In this document: positions 37,777 to 48,215 of the stretch, piece after piece
Layout: each line of letters begins with the position of its first letter
How positions within the stretch are numbered: position 1 is the stretch's first letter
From: a virus
Length of the DNA: 64,000 bases
Strand: one strand, 5' to 3'
IMG/VR virus record: IMGVR_UViG_3300020048_000055
Span: 32,001-96,000 of that record
Notes under the pieces: model-generated
Database searches by the model: none
Told to the model about the DNA's origin: nothing
Seen by the model: only the letters and a program-made list of their open reading frames with translations
Made by a program: the position numbers and the translations under genes

Positions 37777-40572
37777 TTAACCACCTATCGGGGTTTCACT
37801 TACACCTGCAACAGGGAATTCAATATCGTCTCCGAATACTCCACCATCAATACAAGAGTTGTCTGTAAGCAATACACCTGAAACTGCGGGAAGTTCTACA
37901 TAGATAGTTTCTACGGGTAAATCAATATAGGTGAAGGGATCTTTGTATTGTAGGGAATCTGGAAAAAGTTTACGACCCGGTACAATAAAAGTATTATTTG
38001 TTTCGTCATTTCCTAAACCAATAAACTTTGTAACCTGAAGTCCACGCTTGGTTATTTCGTTAGTTGTCTGGTTTATTTTACCAATTAATACATCTTGACC
38101 AATCTCTATATTTTTTAGTCTTGAGTCAATATTCTCATCAACAGATTCAGGTAAAAACTCATCTATAAAGGATTTATCAGTTGAACCAAGTTCATCTATC
38201 TCACTTCCCATGGCAAGTCTCATTGCCGCAAAGAGTGCATTATTTACCTGTTTTATTTGAGAGTTTATTAGCTTCCGTTTATTATCTGTACTTATTGGCC
38301 CAAAGATTGGGATATAGTTTTCATCCCCTGAAACAAACTCAGCCCAATCTATATTGGTTAATAATATACCACTTCTTGAAGGAAGGATGAGAGTAATGTT
38401 TGAGGTTACTTCGGTATGAGCAAAAAGGTTGGTTAAATAGTTATCTACTAAAGACCCATCACTTGCAAAGCCTGTTCCAAGATTATTTCTATTTCCAAAA
38501 ACAAGGTGTCTCAAACCTACGTTGTCTACATTTAATGTAGGTGCATGAATCTCAACTATTGTTGCAGTCTCATCAGTATCAACTCCAGTAGCATCGGTTG
38601 TAGTATGTTCTTCAATTGAAGTTGACATAATAAAACCATCACGAATTGATTTGGTAAGTCTACGAGGTAACAGTGCAACAGAGGGTATTTTTCCAATAAT
38701 AACGGAGTCAAGCTCTGGCATAATAACACTAATATTTGAGGAAACATTTTCAGAACTTAATATTCTGGTTAACCAGTTAAGTGTATTATCAATAAGAGGA
38801 TTTTGAGGATTAGCTAACTCAATACCATTTCTTGTTCTAGTAGGTACTCCATCAACCAACACGGTATCTGGAAGAACTCTAATATCCCCATAAACAGTTT
38901 CAGAGAAGGATGCGTTTGCATCTCCAACTTGAAGATTATGATGGATAACAACACCATTAGCTATTGAGTCCTCAATGTTAGAGTTTTCAATTGTATTATT
39001 TGCAGAAACGGAATCTGTGTATTGTGTATATCTTGGAATAAAATTTGATTTACCAATACCAGAATTATCTGTTCTTGACTGATCAATTAATCTTATCCCT
39101 GCTACAACGATTGAACCATCGGCATGTTCATACAAACCAATTTTATGGTCTGCTCGAAGTTTAGGTGAACCCGTTCTTCCTGCGGTATATTCAGAAATTA
39201 CATTAGGGTCTCTGTCACCAGTAAGAATTGTATTTATACCAAAGTTAATAACAGAGATTCTATCACTATTATCAATCTTTTCCCAATGAGCGACTGAAGC
39301 ATCATTGTCAACTGGAGAGTTTGTCCAAACAATCCAGTCACCTTTATTTAATTCAATCTTCCTTGCATATTGACCATTGGCAAAACTGCTGGATTGGTCT
39401 GAATAGCTGATGTTTGGGTAAATGTTAGTTGTCTGTACGATGTAGTAGTCACCATCAGAAGGTCCGTCATTAAAAGAGGGCCATTGTGTTTGGTAAGCAA
39501 CTTCATTATAATGTTGTGCTAAAGTAGCTGAATCATAAGTAGATTCATCTAATGGATTCCATGTACCTTTATACTGAAGACTTCCAAGAATTGTATCTGG
39601 GAGTTGTGCTAAAGGTATCTTACCTGTTGCATCTATCTGAGCTTTGTATTGTAAGAGGAAAGCTAAAGATTGTTCTACGTTTGTAAGATTTCTAACACTT
39701 GCAACATGGTCTTCATTAAATGTAGCCATCATATCATCAGCAATTGTGTTTGATGTATGAAGGTCTATATCAATTGCATCTGTATAACCTGAGGGAATAA
39801 GAAACCAAATTGCTATATCATTGAGAGAATCTTTAAGGTGATAAATAAAATCACCTTTTTTAAGAGAACGTCCTGCGGGTCCTGTAAGAGTTGTTGTTGA
39901 AAGTCTATCAGGAGTAAATGTAGATACCACAAGATTGTCAACGCCAACAAGATACATTGTTCCAATTTCTGGAACAATCAGAGCGGCGGCAGTTTGAGAG
40001 TATATTGCACCACGGTATGAAAGTTTTTCTGTTTCTAATTCTTTAAGGGCATCGGAAGCATTTGTGGCTACTATGTTTGAGTTTGAGTTATCAAAGTAAG
40101 TATCACTGGCACTACCACCAGAATTATTCATTCTTAAGAAAGTTATTTCTGAAGTTATTCCAGTTACTGAGTCTAATACAGAACTTGTTACTAAAAGAAT
40201 ATCGCCCTTTCTAAAGTCGAATTCCAGAAAGGCAGGATCAGGAGTTGCGGAGTCCTTTACATTTGAGGAAAAAATCCAAAAATCACCTGTGGTTGCATGT
40301 AAGAAAATGTCGTTGTCAATATGGGTTGAACCCGTTACTATACCACGATAGATAAGACTTTGAGTAGCTCTTGGTCCGGCTATTGCGATAGGAGCAGAAT
40401 TTTTTAAGTCAGGGCGACCAACATAAAGGGTTCCCTCATCCCATGGAGTAACTGAGTCTGTATCATTATTAGTAGCTTGCCAGAAGAGTTGACCATCGGC
40501 TAATCCAGTTCCTTGGAAAAAACCTGTTACGAAATTACGATCACCTCTAGTTATTTTTAATAAGTTTGCCAT
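37777..40572 (-). CDS. Tail fibre-like protein, paralog of 29184-31304
   Basis: LKITRG N-terminus; R.NNSGGSA; KL.Y.G; GKIPLAQLP...YKGTW; GDWIVW; LP.VSG.LL...IDGG. Confidence 0.6.
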   Translation of the reverse strand: MANLLKITRGDRNFVTGFFQGTGLADGQLFWQATNNDTDSVTPWDEGTLYVGRPDLKNSAPIAIAGPRATQSLIYRGIVTGSTHIDNDIFLHATTGDFWIFSSNVKDSATPDPAFLEFDFRKGDILLVTSSVLDSVTGITSEITFLRMNNSGGSASDTYFDNSNSNIVATNASDALKELETEKLSYRGAIYSQTAAALIVPEIGTMYLVGVDNLVVSTFTPDRLSTTTLTGPAGRSLKKGDFIYHLKDSLNDIAIWFLIPSGYTDAIDIDLHTSNTIADDMMATFNEDHVASVRNLTNVEQSLAFLLQYKAQIDATGKIPLAQLPDTILGSLQYKGTWNPLDESTYDSATLAQHYNEVAYQTQWPSFNDGPSDGDYYIVQTTNIYPNISYSDQSSSFANGQYARKIELNKGDWIVWTNSPVDNDASVAHWEKIDNSDRISVINFGINTILTGDRDPNVISEYTAGRTGSPKLRADHKIGLYEHADGSIVVAGIRLIDQSRTDNSGIGKSNFIPRYTQYTDSVSANNTIENSNIEDSIANGVVIHHNLQVGDANASFSETVYGDIRVLPDTVLVDGVPTRTRNGIELANPQNPLIDNTLNWLTRILSSENVSSNISVIMPELDSVIIGKIPSVALLPRRLTKSIRDGFIMSTSIEEHTTTDATGVDTDETATIVEIHAPTLNVDNVGLRHLVFGNRNNLGTGFASDGSLVDNYLTNLFAHTEVTSNITLILPSRSGILLTNIDWAEFVSGDENYIPIFGPISTDNKRKLINSQIKQVNNALFAAMRLAMGSEIDELGSTDKSFIDEFLPESVDENIDSRLKNIEIGQDVLIGKINQTTNEITKRGLQVTKFIGLGNDETNNTFIVPGRKLFPDSLQYKDPFTYIDLPVETIYVELPAVSGVLLTDNSCIDGGVFGDDIEFPVAGVSETPIGG

Positions 40573-40642
40573 CTATATAATCCTTTTAAAAGTGACTTTC
40601 ACTATTAAAAATTAGTTGAAGTTTTTTCGAATTAGTATTTTC

Positions 40643-41488
40643 TTAATTTCTAAAAGTTCTTGTTATCCCTGCCGCTGAGTATATTCCACAGTCTATGTCA
40701 CCTATATTCCATAGGACTTCATTTATGTTCTCTTGCACAACAATAACCCCATCTTCCGATTCACCTTCTGTTTTTTGATAGTAAAATCCTGTAGGATTGT
40801 TATCCTTTCCTATTTGAGGAAGAATATATTTAGAGTTCTTAGGACCACCTCTAACGATAAATTGTGCCGTGGTAGTATCATCATCAGCTTTCCTTAAATG
40901 AACCAAGTCATCCTTAAAAGGTCCATAAATACCGGAATCTGAACCAAAAAATCCTGTGTGTCCTATGTATCTATAGAAAGATATAGCAAAGGGATATTCA
41001 ATATTAGAATCAATATTAAGGGAATCTATATAAGTAGAATCCTTAAACTTAATAATCCCTGTGGTCTGGTCTATCTCTGGATTTCCTAACATATAACTCA
41101 TTTTTTGATAAACACCTGCTTTCATTAAAAACAGTTTATGGTTATATGTCCCATCAGTACTAAACAAGTCTGGAATTATATTTGATACAAATGCCGAGCA
41201 GTACAGATAATTAGTACCCTTAATTCTTTTCAAGGGTACTTTTTCATATTTTGCGAGTATTGCTTTCTTCTCAATAATAAGCCCTGCCCATTCTCCATAC
41301 TTAAAGGAAATAGAACCATCAGCCACAGTTTCAGTAGCCATGATACTGGGAGCGGAAAGAGGAATTAATTTACCGTCTCTCCAAATTTGTTGAGGCAATA
41401 CTATTTGACCCTTAGTTACTAAGTCTTCCTCATAGGGGAGTCTATAATCCTCTACGCTTGAGGTTAACTGTTTTTCATCTATTATCAT
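40643..41488 (-). CDS. Putative baseplate/fibre-associated protein
   Basis: IIP..F...Y...D..TG.I.F...SFYRYIG domain shared with the next two genes; C-terminal IDCG. Confidence 0.55.
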   Translation of the reverse strand: MIIDEKQLTSSVEDYRLPYEEDLVTKGQIVLPQQIWRDGKLIPLSAPSIMATETVADGSISFKYGEWAGLIIEKKAILAKYEKVPLKRIKGTNYLYCSAFVSNIIPDLFSTDGTYNHKLFLMKAGVYQKMSYMLGNPEIDQTTGIIKFKDSTYIDSLNIDSNIEYPFAISFYRYIGHTGFFGSDSGIYGPFKDDLVHLRKADDDTTTAQFIVRGGPKNSKYILPQIGKDNNPTGFYYQKTEGESEDGVIVVQENINEVLWNIGDIDCGIYSAAGITRTFRN

Positions 41489-44400
41489 ATAACCCCACTT
41501 ATTGAAATCCCTTTAAACTCAATCCCTGAGTTCTTGGTAATTCCAACCCTAACTATTAGTTTACCGGATCTTACTGCTCTTCCGAAAGTTACTCTTTTTG
41601 ATTCTGCTGTAGAAGAACCTGCATACATAGATGCATCTCCATTATTGAAAGGCTTAGAGAATCCATCATACGGAAGATTGCAGTCAATCCATCCCGAGTT
41701 CAAACCTTCTGAATCGCTTATGTAGGTTTGTGATATGGTGTCTAAACCTAATAATTTAGCATAAATTAAAACATTGTTTGTAGAACCTGACAGGTCATCT
41801 TGAACAAAAAATTCCTTTCTATCCTCTGATACTTCAAAGTTTAATATAAAGCCATTAGAATCTTTTAAGATAACTTCAGATAAGGATTTATCTGAATTAA
41901 TAAATTTCTCTAATGTTACCCATCTCACCTCTTCTGTTCTCATCCACTCTCTTGGTTCATCAGATGAGAAAAAAGATTGAGTGAGTAAACTTCCGGTTGT
42001 TCCCAAGTAATCAATAAAACTACTTGTTAAATAATAATGTTTCCCTTCGGGCCATTTATATTCATTAACGGCTTCCACAAAGTTTCCGTCAACCATTCTA
42101 TTTCTTCCAATCTTCATCAACTCACTTATATAAAAACCATTGCGTATAGAAGTAGAGGATGAATAAACTTTACCACATTGATTTAGTCCGTTTGTTGGAT
42201 TAGCGTTATAGGTTGGATAAATGTAAGTAGAAATACCTGAGGTAAGTCTTTCTGTTTCTACCGAATTGTCAATTCTAGTATTAAATAATACTATCTCTGT
42301 TTCAACAAATGAAGAACCTGTTACATCATATACTTTTGTAGTGAATGAGAAGTTTTCAAAAATCCTATTAGACTCAATTGTTGTAGAATAATTGCTTATT
42401 ATTATATCAAAGAATCTATCTGCATCATCTGCCTCGTTATTCTTATCTACTGAGAATCCTGTTACCGGTAGATATTCATTGGTAACTGAGTTTTTAATGA
42501 ATACACTATTATCAGTACCCTTTATATTTTCATAAAGAGCTTTCAATAGCGTGGTAGAAATATTTACAATAAATGAGAAAGGTAGTTTATAAATACCAGA
42601 ACATGCGTGAGTGTTTGTTTTTGCATTAGGTAAACTTGGGTCAAAGTCCGAAGTATTTACATCCCCTACCCCAATTGAAGAAGGCTTAAAAGGTAAAAAC
42701 AATTCATAGGTCTTTGTCTTTGTTCCGTTGGTATTTTGAGTTATGGTTACTGGCAGGGAGTTGTCAATAACTAAAGAGTAGGTATGAATTCCAAGGGTAT
42801 CTACATCGGTAGTAGGAACAATATCTGCAAGAATACCTTTCCAGAATTTTTCACCAAAATCTTTTTTACTGTAAGGGTCAAAATCTTTTACAATGTGAAG
42901 AGCATTTACTACCTGTCTATTGTCTTTTGTGTAATCCAAGTTTGCTTGACCTACAATAGTGCTGTCAATTATAGCAGAAATAGTTGAGGTATCACCATAA
43001 TATACAATTCCCGTTCTTTCCTCAGAATCTGGTATCCCAACAGTAATTCGTTTAGCACCCAATTCATTTATGTTAAAAGCATTTCTGAGGGTGTTTAATG
43101 TACCATTATTTTTTATACTTTGAATAACATAGTTTGTGAGAATAGTTTTAATTTCCAATTTAATGGATTCGTCATTTATTGAGGAAGGTCTCTTTGGTAT
43201 AAGCTTTGTAAATAAATCATTTATTCTACTAAATGCTTCATAAATTGTAACGTTACTAAAGTCTAACCAACCTGTAGCACCGTTTTGTTTCCAGTACCAA
43301 GGATTATTATCTGGGTCATAAGCGGCAAGGATTGCATAACAAGCATCTTGATAAGCTCTATCCAACTTTTCCCAGTCATGACCATTCCAAACACACCAGT
43401 CACCGGCAGTATATTGAACTGAGTCAATTGTTGTTTGTACTCTGGCAGGGTCATTTTCAGCAAGGGCTTGAACACTTGGAGAAATTATTACGAACCAACC
43501 TGCCTGTAAGGTATCTATATAATCTTCTTTTGATAAGTCTTCTTCGCTTACGGCTGAAGCCAAATCTGCATTTGTAGGATAAACCCCGAGCATAGTTTCA
43601 AAGCACCAAGTACCCTTGTAAAGTAATCCACCATAAGCAACCGCATCAGGCAATTGTCTTAAAGGAACTTTACCTGAAATCAAATCTGCTTTATATCTTG
43701 TAATTAAGCTTAGGGCTTCAGTAAGTGTTCCACCATCAAATACTCTACGAGTGGCTTCATCTAAGTCATCATTAATTGCATTTTGGTCAAAAGGTAATGC
43801 ACCAACATTAATTCTATCTGCTTTTAGACAAGTAGTTAATGCACCATTTGCATTTATTTCCAGTACTTCACTATCAAGTTTAATTTTGATTAAGTCTGAG
43901 GAATTTCCCTCTGTATCAAACTCTTCATAATAAAAAGGTTCCGAAAGGTTTACATATTTTTTATGGTTGTAACCAAAAGCACCATATATAGGAATTGCCC
44001 CATTAGCAAACTTTGCAGGATATTCATTCTTAGCAATAGTTGCACCGTAAGTTTGTATAGAACAACTTTGAACTACAGCACCAGATGCTTTCGTAGCAAG
44101 AGTCACCACAGTATTTTCCTTAAAGAAAATACTTCCATTATTTAATGATGCAGTTGTTATGAAATTACCTCTTACAGAGGAACTCTTAATATTTATTACA
44201 AAAGTATTAAAGGTATTATCATAGATAAACGTTGAAAGCTTATCAAAATTTACCGAGGATAAATCTGTCTCAGTAATTTCCTCAGGTGATGTGAAAGAAA
44301 CTTCATCAAAGTTTGAGTTCCTAACCATTATAGTAGGAGACACTCTTTTCAATACTACCAAATCACAATTTATACCAAGAACATTATCTAACACAAAAGT

Positions 44401-46104
44401 TTTTCCTGTTTCGGAAGATAAAGTAATAGTTGCATTTTTTAAGGAAACATTTCTAATTCCAAAATCACAGGGAGTATTTAAAGAGTCATCAATGAATCTA
44501 ATAGCTAAATTATCAAGAGCATTTACTCCTTCAATTATTACTTTGTTTTTATCTTCACCAACAAACTCAATATCTCGGAAAGAACTCAAATCCAGTGTAT
44601 TTGAATTTACAACATAGTTTCCATTTCTGATAAAAATAGTACCTGTTAAATTTGGATACTCGGATTTTATTGAAGACAAGATATCATTGAAAAAATAACC
44701 TTCTGTATTTTTTACAACATAGTCTGAGGATTTTGTTTTATGCCCACCCTCCTGTGAAATTACAACATTGTGGATTCGAGGACCATAATAATCTGGAGTA
44801 ATTAAATCACTATAACCAGAAAGAGGTATTGACCCAATTGCAAGAGAAGGGGGAATCTTTCCATTAGCTACTGCAATTGGAAAACCTGTATTATAGGTAT
44901 TAAGTTCTTTAGTTACAAAGGGCCAGTACTGTTTCTTTGTAGAACTCCAGTACATTAAAGCTAAAACTGCCTCATCCCTTCTTTCAATAGTGAACTCATA
45001 TTCTCCTGTGAAATCTGCAATCATTTGAGTTTTTGTTATCATCACATAAGACTTTTCAGTTGAATCTCTAAGAATAATAGAAGGTTCATTAAATAGTACA
45101 GAAGAACCCTCTATATTATTCTTAGAAAGTTTTACATCAAGACCTGCGAAAGTAAGTTTATAGTTGGTTTTTACTGAGGAAGTAAACTCTGTTGCATTTT
45201 CGTTTATAAATGAAATCTCAAATGGCATAACACCAAAGGTAGAGGATACTTGAACTGGATGTACTCTACTCACTATTGCACTTATTTCTGCGGTAGCTGA
45301 ATCATCATAACCTTTTACAGGGTCTTTTGTTGAAGTATAAATAAGAGGAATTAAAGACTCGAAAGAAAGAGCAATACCCTCATTATTATCCGCTCCATCC
45401 CAACCATAGGTTGTAACAAAGTCATCGGACACCTTATTTGCCATTGAAATTATTTTTGAGGTTATTAGTTCATTGGAAATGCTTGAAACATTGATTGGAA
45501 TTTCAATTTCTGTTAAAGGTAATACTACACCATCAAGACCTAGACGGTCTTGTCTGAAACCCATATCACCTACATATTGAAAGAAACTAAACAGTGGAGG
45601 ATTTAAATGGTCTACTCCTACAGGAACTTTACCATAGAATGTAAGTACGCCTGAAAAAGTATCGAACACCCAGTCACCCACGCCAAAGGGAATCTTTTTT
45701 CCTCCAGACGTTTTGAGGGAATAGTTGTAGATATCCTCAGAGAAGTTGAAAGGAATTATTTGTTGTAAGTTATTCCCCTGACTATCTAAAAGAACGAAAG
45801 CATTATCTGTACCAGCATCTATGGCACTGAATACATAATCCTTGAATCTTTTTACTATAGGTATGGTTTCCGAGTCTGATTTCTGCCAAGAAAATATCCC
45901 ATTATTATCTAAGGAAGTAATTCCCTCATTTCGAGCTTCATCTCCAAGAGGTATTTTATCTCCATACGTCCATAATTGACTTGGGGTAATAGTGAAGCTT
46001 GAGTTAATGGGTTCCTCGAAAAACTCTCTTTTTTCCTTAGAGTCGGAAGTTCCTAAATAGTGCTTAAATATCTTGTTTGATTCTTGTTCTGTGGTTAGTG
46101 ACAT
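41485..46104 (-). CDS. Large modular virion protein (1539 aa) with a pectin-lyase-like beta-helix segment
   Basis: Shared N-domain (IIPFNF...PFG..WV.D..SG.LTF); TIFIRNGNY...IEFVGE...IIEG beta-helix start; GKVPL.QLP module; shared C-domain (GWIDCN.PY.G...VTFG...VRVG). Confidence 0.6.
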   Translation of the reverse strand: MSLTTEQESNKIFKHYLGTSDSKEKREFFEEPINSSFTITPSQLWTYGDKIPLGDEARNEGITSLDNNGIFSWQKSDSETIPIVKRFKDYVFSAIDAGTDNAFVLLDSQGNNLQQIIPFNFSEDIYNYSLKTSGGKKIPFGVGDWVFDTFSGVLTFYGKVPVGVDHLNPPLFSFFQYVGDMGFRQDRLGLDGVVLPLTEIEIPINVSSISNELITSKIISMANKVSDDFVTTYGWDGADNNEGIALSFESLIPLIYTSTKDPVKGYDDSATAEISAIVSRVHPVQVSSTFGVMPFEISFINENATEFTSSVKTNYKLTFAGLDVKLSKNNIEGSSVLFNEPSIILRDSTEKSYVMITKTQMIADFTGEYEFTIERRDEAVLALMYWSSTKKQYWPFVTKELNTYNTGFPIAVANGKIPPSLAIGSIPLSGYSDLITPDYYGPRIHNVVISQEGGHKTKSSDYVVKNTEGYFFNDILSSIKSEYPNLTGTIFIRNGNYVVNSNTLDLSSFRDIEFVGEDKNKVIIEGVNALDNLAIRFIDDSLNTPCDFGIRNVSLKNATITLSSETGKTFVLDNVLGINCDLVVLKRVSPTIMVRNSNFDEVSFTSPEEITETDLSSVNFDKLSTFIYDNTFNTFVINIKSSSVRGNFITTASLNNGSIFFKENTVVTLATKASGAVVQSCSIQTYGATIAKNEYPAKFANGAIPIYGAFGYNHKKYVNLSEPFYYEEFDTEGNSSDLIKIKLDSEVLEINANGALTTCLKADRINVGALPFDQNAINDDLDEATRRVFDGGTLTEALSLITRYKADLISGKVPLRQLPDAVAYGGLLYKGTWCFETMLGVYPTNADLASAVSEEDLSKEDYIDTLQAGWFVIISPSVQALAENDPARVQTTIDSVQYTAGDWCVWNGHDWEKLDRAYQDACYAILAAYDPDNNPWYWKQNGATGWLDFSNVTIYEAFSRINDLFTKLIPKRPSSINDESIKLEIKTILTNYVIQSIKNNGTLNTLRNAFNINELGAKRITVGIPDSEERTGIVYYGDTSTISAIIDSTIVGQANLDYTKDNRQVVNALHIVKDFDPYSKKDFGEKFWKGILADIVPTTDVDTLGIHTYSLVIDNSLPVTITQNTNGTKTKTYELFLPFKPSSIGVGDVNTSDFDPSLPNAKTNTHACSGIYKLPFSFIVNISTTLLKALYENIKGTDNSVFIKNSVTNEYLPVTGFSVDKNNEADDADRFFDIIISNYSTTIESNRIFENFSFTTKVYDVTGSSFVETEIVLFNTRIDNSVETERLTSGISTYIYPTYNANPTNGLNQCGKVYSSSTSIRNGFYISELMKIGRNRMVDGNFVEAVNEYKWPEGKHYYLTSSFIDYLGTTGSLLTQSFFSSDEPREWMRTEEVRWVTLEKFINSDKSLSEVILKDSNGFILNFEVSEDRKEFFVQDDLSGSTNNVLIYAKLLGLDTISQTYISDSEGLNSGWIDCNLPYDGFSKPFNNGDASMYAGSSTAESKRVTFGRAVRSGKLIVRVGITKNSGIEFKGISISGVI

Positions 46105-46154
46105 AAATTATAAATTTCCTTTTTAAAACATTCCTATAGAGTTAGTTGAAAACT

Positions 46155-48215
46155 TTAGGTTGTTGGAATTACTTCAATATTTCTAAAACGTATATTACTT
46201 GTTTTTAGAAAACCAATACGAATGAAGATTTCTCCACCAATAGCTTTTTTACCAAAAGTTATTTTTTTCTTGTTTAGAGAAGATCCATGAACAATTAAAC
46301 ATGCGTCCCCATCATTAATAGGGTCTGTTACCCCATTGTAACAACTGTTAGCATCAAACCATCCACTCTTATTAAGCACCTTTGTGAATAAAAGTGCATT
46401 GGTAAACTCATGAGAATCAATATCTTCCTGTGCGTTTACTAAGTCATTAATTGTAATATAAACCCCATTGCAAACAGGGATTGTAAACTTGAAGGTTGCC
46501 CACCGAATTCCTGAAGGAGATATATCCGTTGTATAGTTTGGTCCTGATACTTGAATTACATTAGAAAGAGATTGATTGAGAAACACACCATTTGTCGAGT
46601 AATCACCTGAGGGCCATTTAAATATTCCATTTATAAGTTGAAGTTCTAAGTTGTCTAATAAAGATTCTGTTGAATCATACTCAGAACCAAATGAAAGAGG
46701 ATAGTTACCTGTTCCAGATTTAACCCGTATGGTTTCATCACTTACTGAATCAACTCGTATAGGATACTCAGAAGTATATATGGTATGAAAATCAGTCTGG
46801 TCTAACTTCATGCTCTTTAACTCAAAGCTAAAGTTTTCAGAATAGATATTCGATGGAATAGTTATGAGTCGAGTATGATTATGTACAGGCTGAAAACTAG
46901 GATAAGTTATTAATGGGGAAATCTCAAAGGTTTCCTTTAGTGTAGAATAGTTTTCATACAGCATAGGGAACTCATTACGCTTGAATGAATCATACAAATA
47001 AACTTTTGCATCCATGTGAAGTGAATCATTAGACCTTAAAGCAGGTACTCCTGAAATATAAGACCCACTACTTACTAAATCCCTTATTTTTGTTTCGTTA
47101 ATTATTCCAAAAAGGGATGAGGATAGAACTCTAACATCCTCGAATCCAAATATAACCTCTTTTGTGTAATAATAGGTTTGTTCAAATGCGTATCTAAGTT
47201 GAATAGCAAGCCTTTTCTTATCAAGAACATTTGATGGGAGGGAAGCTTGAGCTATTGTGCAAAACATTTTTATCTTTTTGTATACTTTAATATTATCCAA
47301 GTATCCAGATTTTTCTATATGAAAAGTACCTAAACTTCCTAATACAGAGTTTGAAGTTGGTTGAACAGTAAGATTAAAGGTATCTATATTAATTCCATTT
47401 ACTAAAAGATTAATACTTCCTTTCTCTTGGTTATAAAACTCTGGTAGTTCAATTGTTATAATATTGTCTGAGTAAGTTATATTTCTTTCTTCATTATCTA
47501 AAACATACTGAGCCGTAAATTGAATAGGAGCAGAAGCAACTAAATCAAAACCCTCAAAAGTTGAAGGTGCATCAGGAGTAATTATCTCAATTCTACTAAC
47601 GAGATCAGAAACCTTTACATCTACATATTCTTTATCAACAATACTTTTATTGTATTGAGGGATATACCCATTAACCATGGTCGTAGTGCCATCATTAAAT
47701 AAGATTCTATCAGGCCCAGTACGTCCACAGTATCTCCAGAAGGTAAAAATAAACTCTGAAGAAAATCCCTCAGGTATTCCACCCAAGAAACTTAGAGTTC
47801 CAGAGTTTCCATCCACTACCCAATTATTTAATCCAAAAGGTACTGTGTTTCCAGCCGTGTCCTTTAACTCAAAATCATAGTTATCCCCAAAATCGAATGG
47901 AATTATATTAAAGAGAAGATTATTAAAAAAGGTTGCCTTAGTTCCATTAACTAAAATAAGATGTAACTCTGTTACTTTTCTTACTATAGGTATATTCTCA
48001 CTGAAAGCTTGTATCTGATAAAATCCATCAGTATCAATTTGTCCGACCGGTGCGACATTTGGAATGTATTGAGCATCCATCCAAATGTTTTGGATCTTAA
48101 CATGATTTTCTGACTTTCTAGATTCCTCGTAGGTAGCTAAATTTGGATTTGTATTAGCTACTTCCTGAGATGCTTTATACGATGCTATGCTATTGTATTT
48201 TTCAAAGTTGTCCAT
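46155..48215 (-). CDS. Modular virion protein, paralog of the 1539-aa protein (shared N- and C-domains)
   Basis: IIPFDF...PFG.NNWVVD..SGTLSF; RWATF...GWFDAN..YNG...ITFG...IRIG. Confidence 0.6.
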   Translation of the reverse strand: MDNFEKYNSIASYKASQEVANTNPNLATYEESRKSENHVKIQNIWMDAQYIPNVAPVGQIDTDGFYQIQAFSENIPIVRKVTELHLILVNGTKATFFNNLLFNIIPFDFGDNYDFELKDTAGNTVPFGLNNWVVDGNSGTLSFLGGIPEGFSSEFIFTFWRYCGRTGPDRILFNDGTTTMVNGYIPQYNKSIVDKEYVDVKVSDLVSRIEIITPDAPSTFEGFDLVASAPIQFTAQYVLDNEERNITYSDNIITIELPEFYNQEKGSINLLVNGINIDTFNLTVQPTSNSVLGSLGTFHIEKSGYLDNIKVYKKIKMFCTIAQASLPSNVLDKKRLAIQLRYAFEQTYYYTKEVIFGFEDVRVLSSSLFGIINETKIRDLVSSGSYISGVPALRSNDSLHMDAKVYLYDSFKRNEFPMLYENYSTLKETFEISPLITYPSFQPVHNHTRLITIPSNIYSENFSFELKSMKLDQTDFHTIYTSEYPIRVDSVSDETIRVKSGTGNYPLSFGSEYDSTESLLDNLELQLINGIFKWPSGDYSTNGVFLNQSLSNVIQVSGPNYTTDISPSGIRWATFKFTIPVCNGVYITINDLVNAQEDIDSHEFTNALLFTKVLNKSGWFDANSCYNGVTDPINDGDACLIVHGSSLNKKKITFGKKAIGGEIFIRIGFLKTSNIRFRNIEVIPTT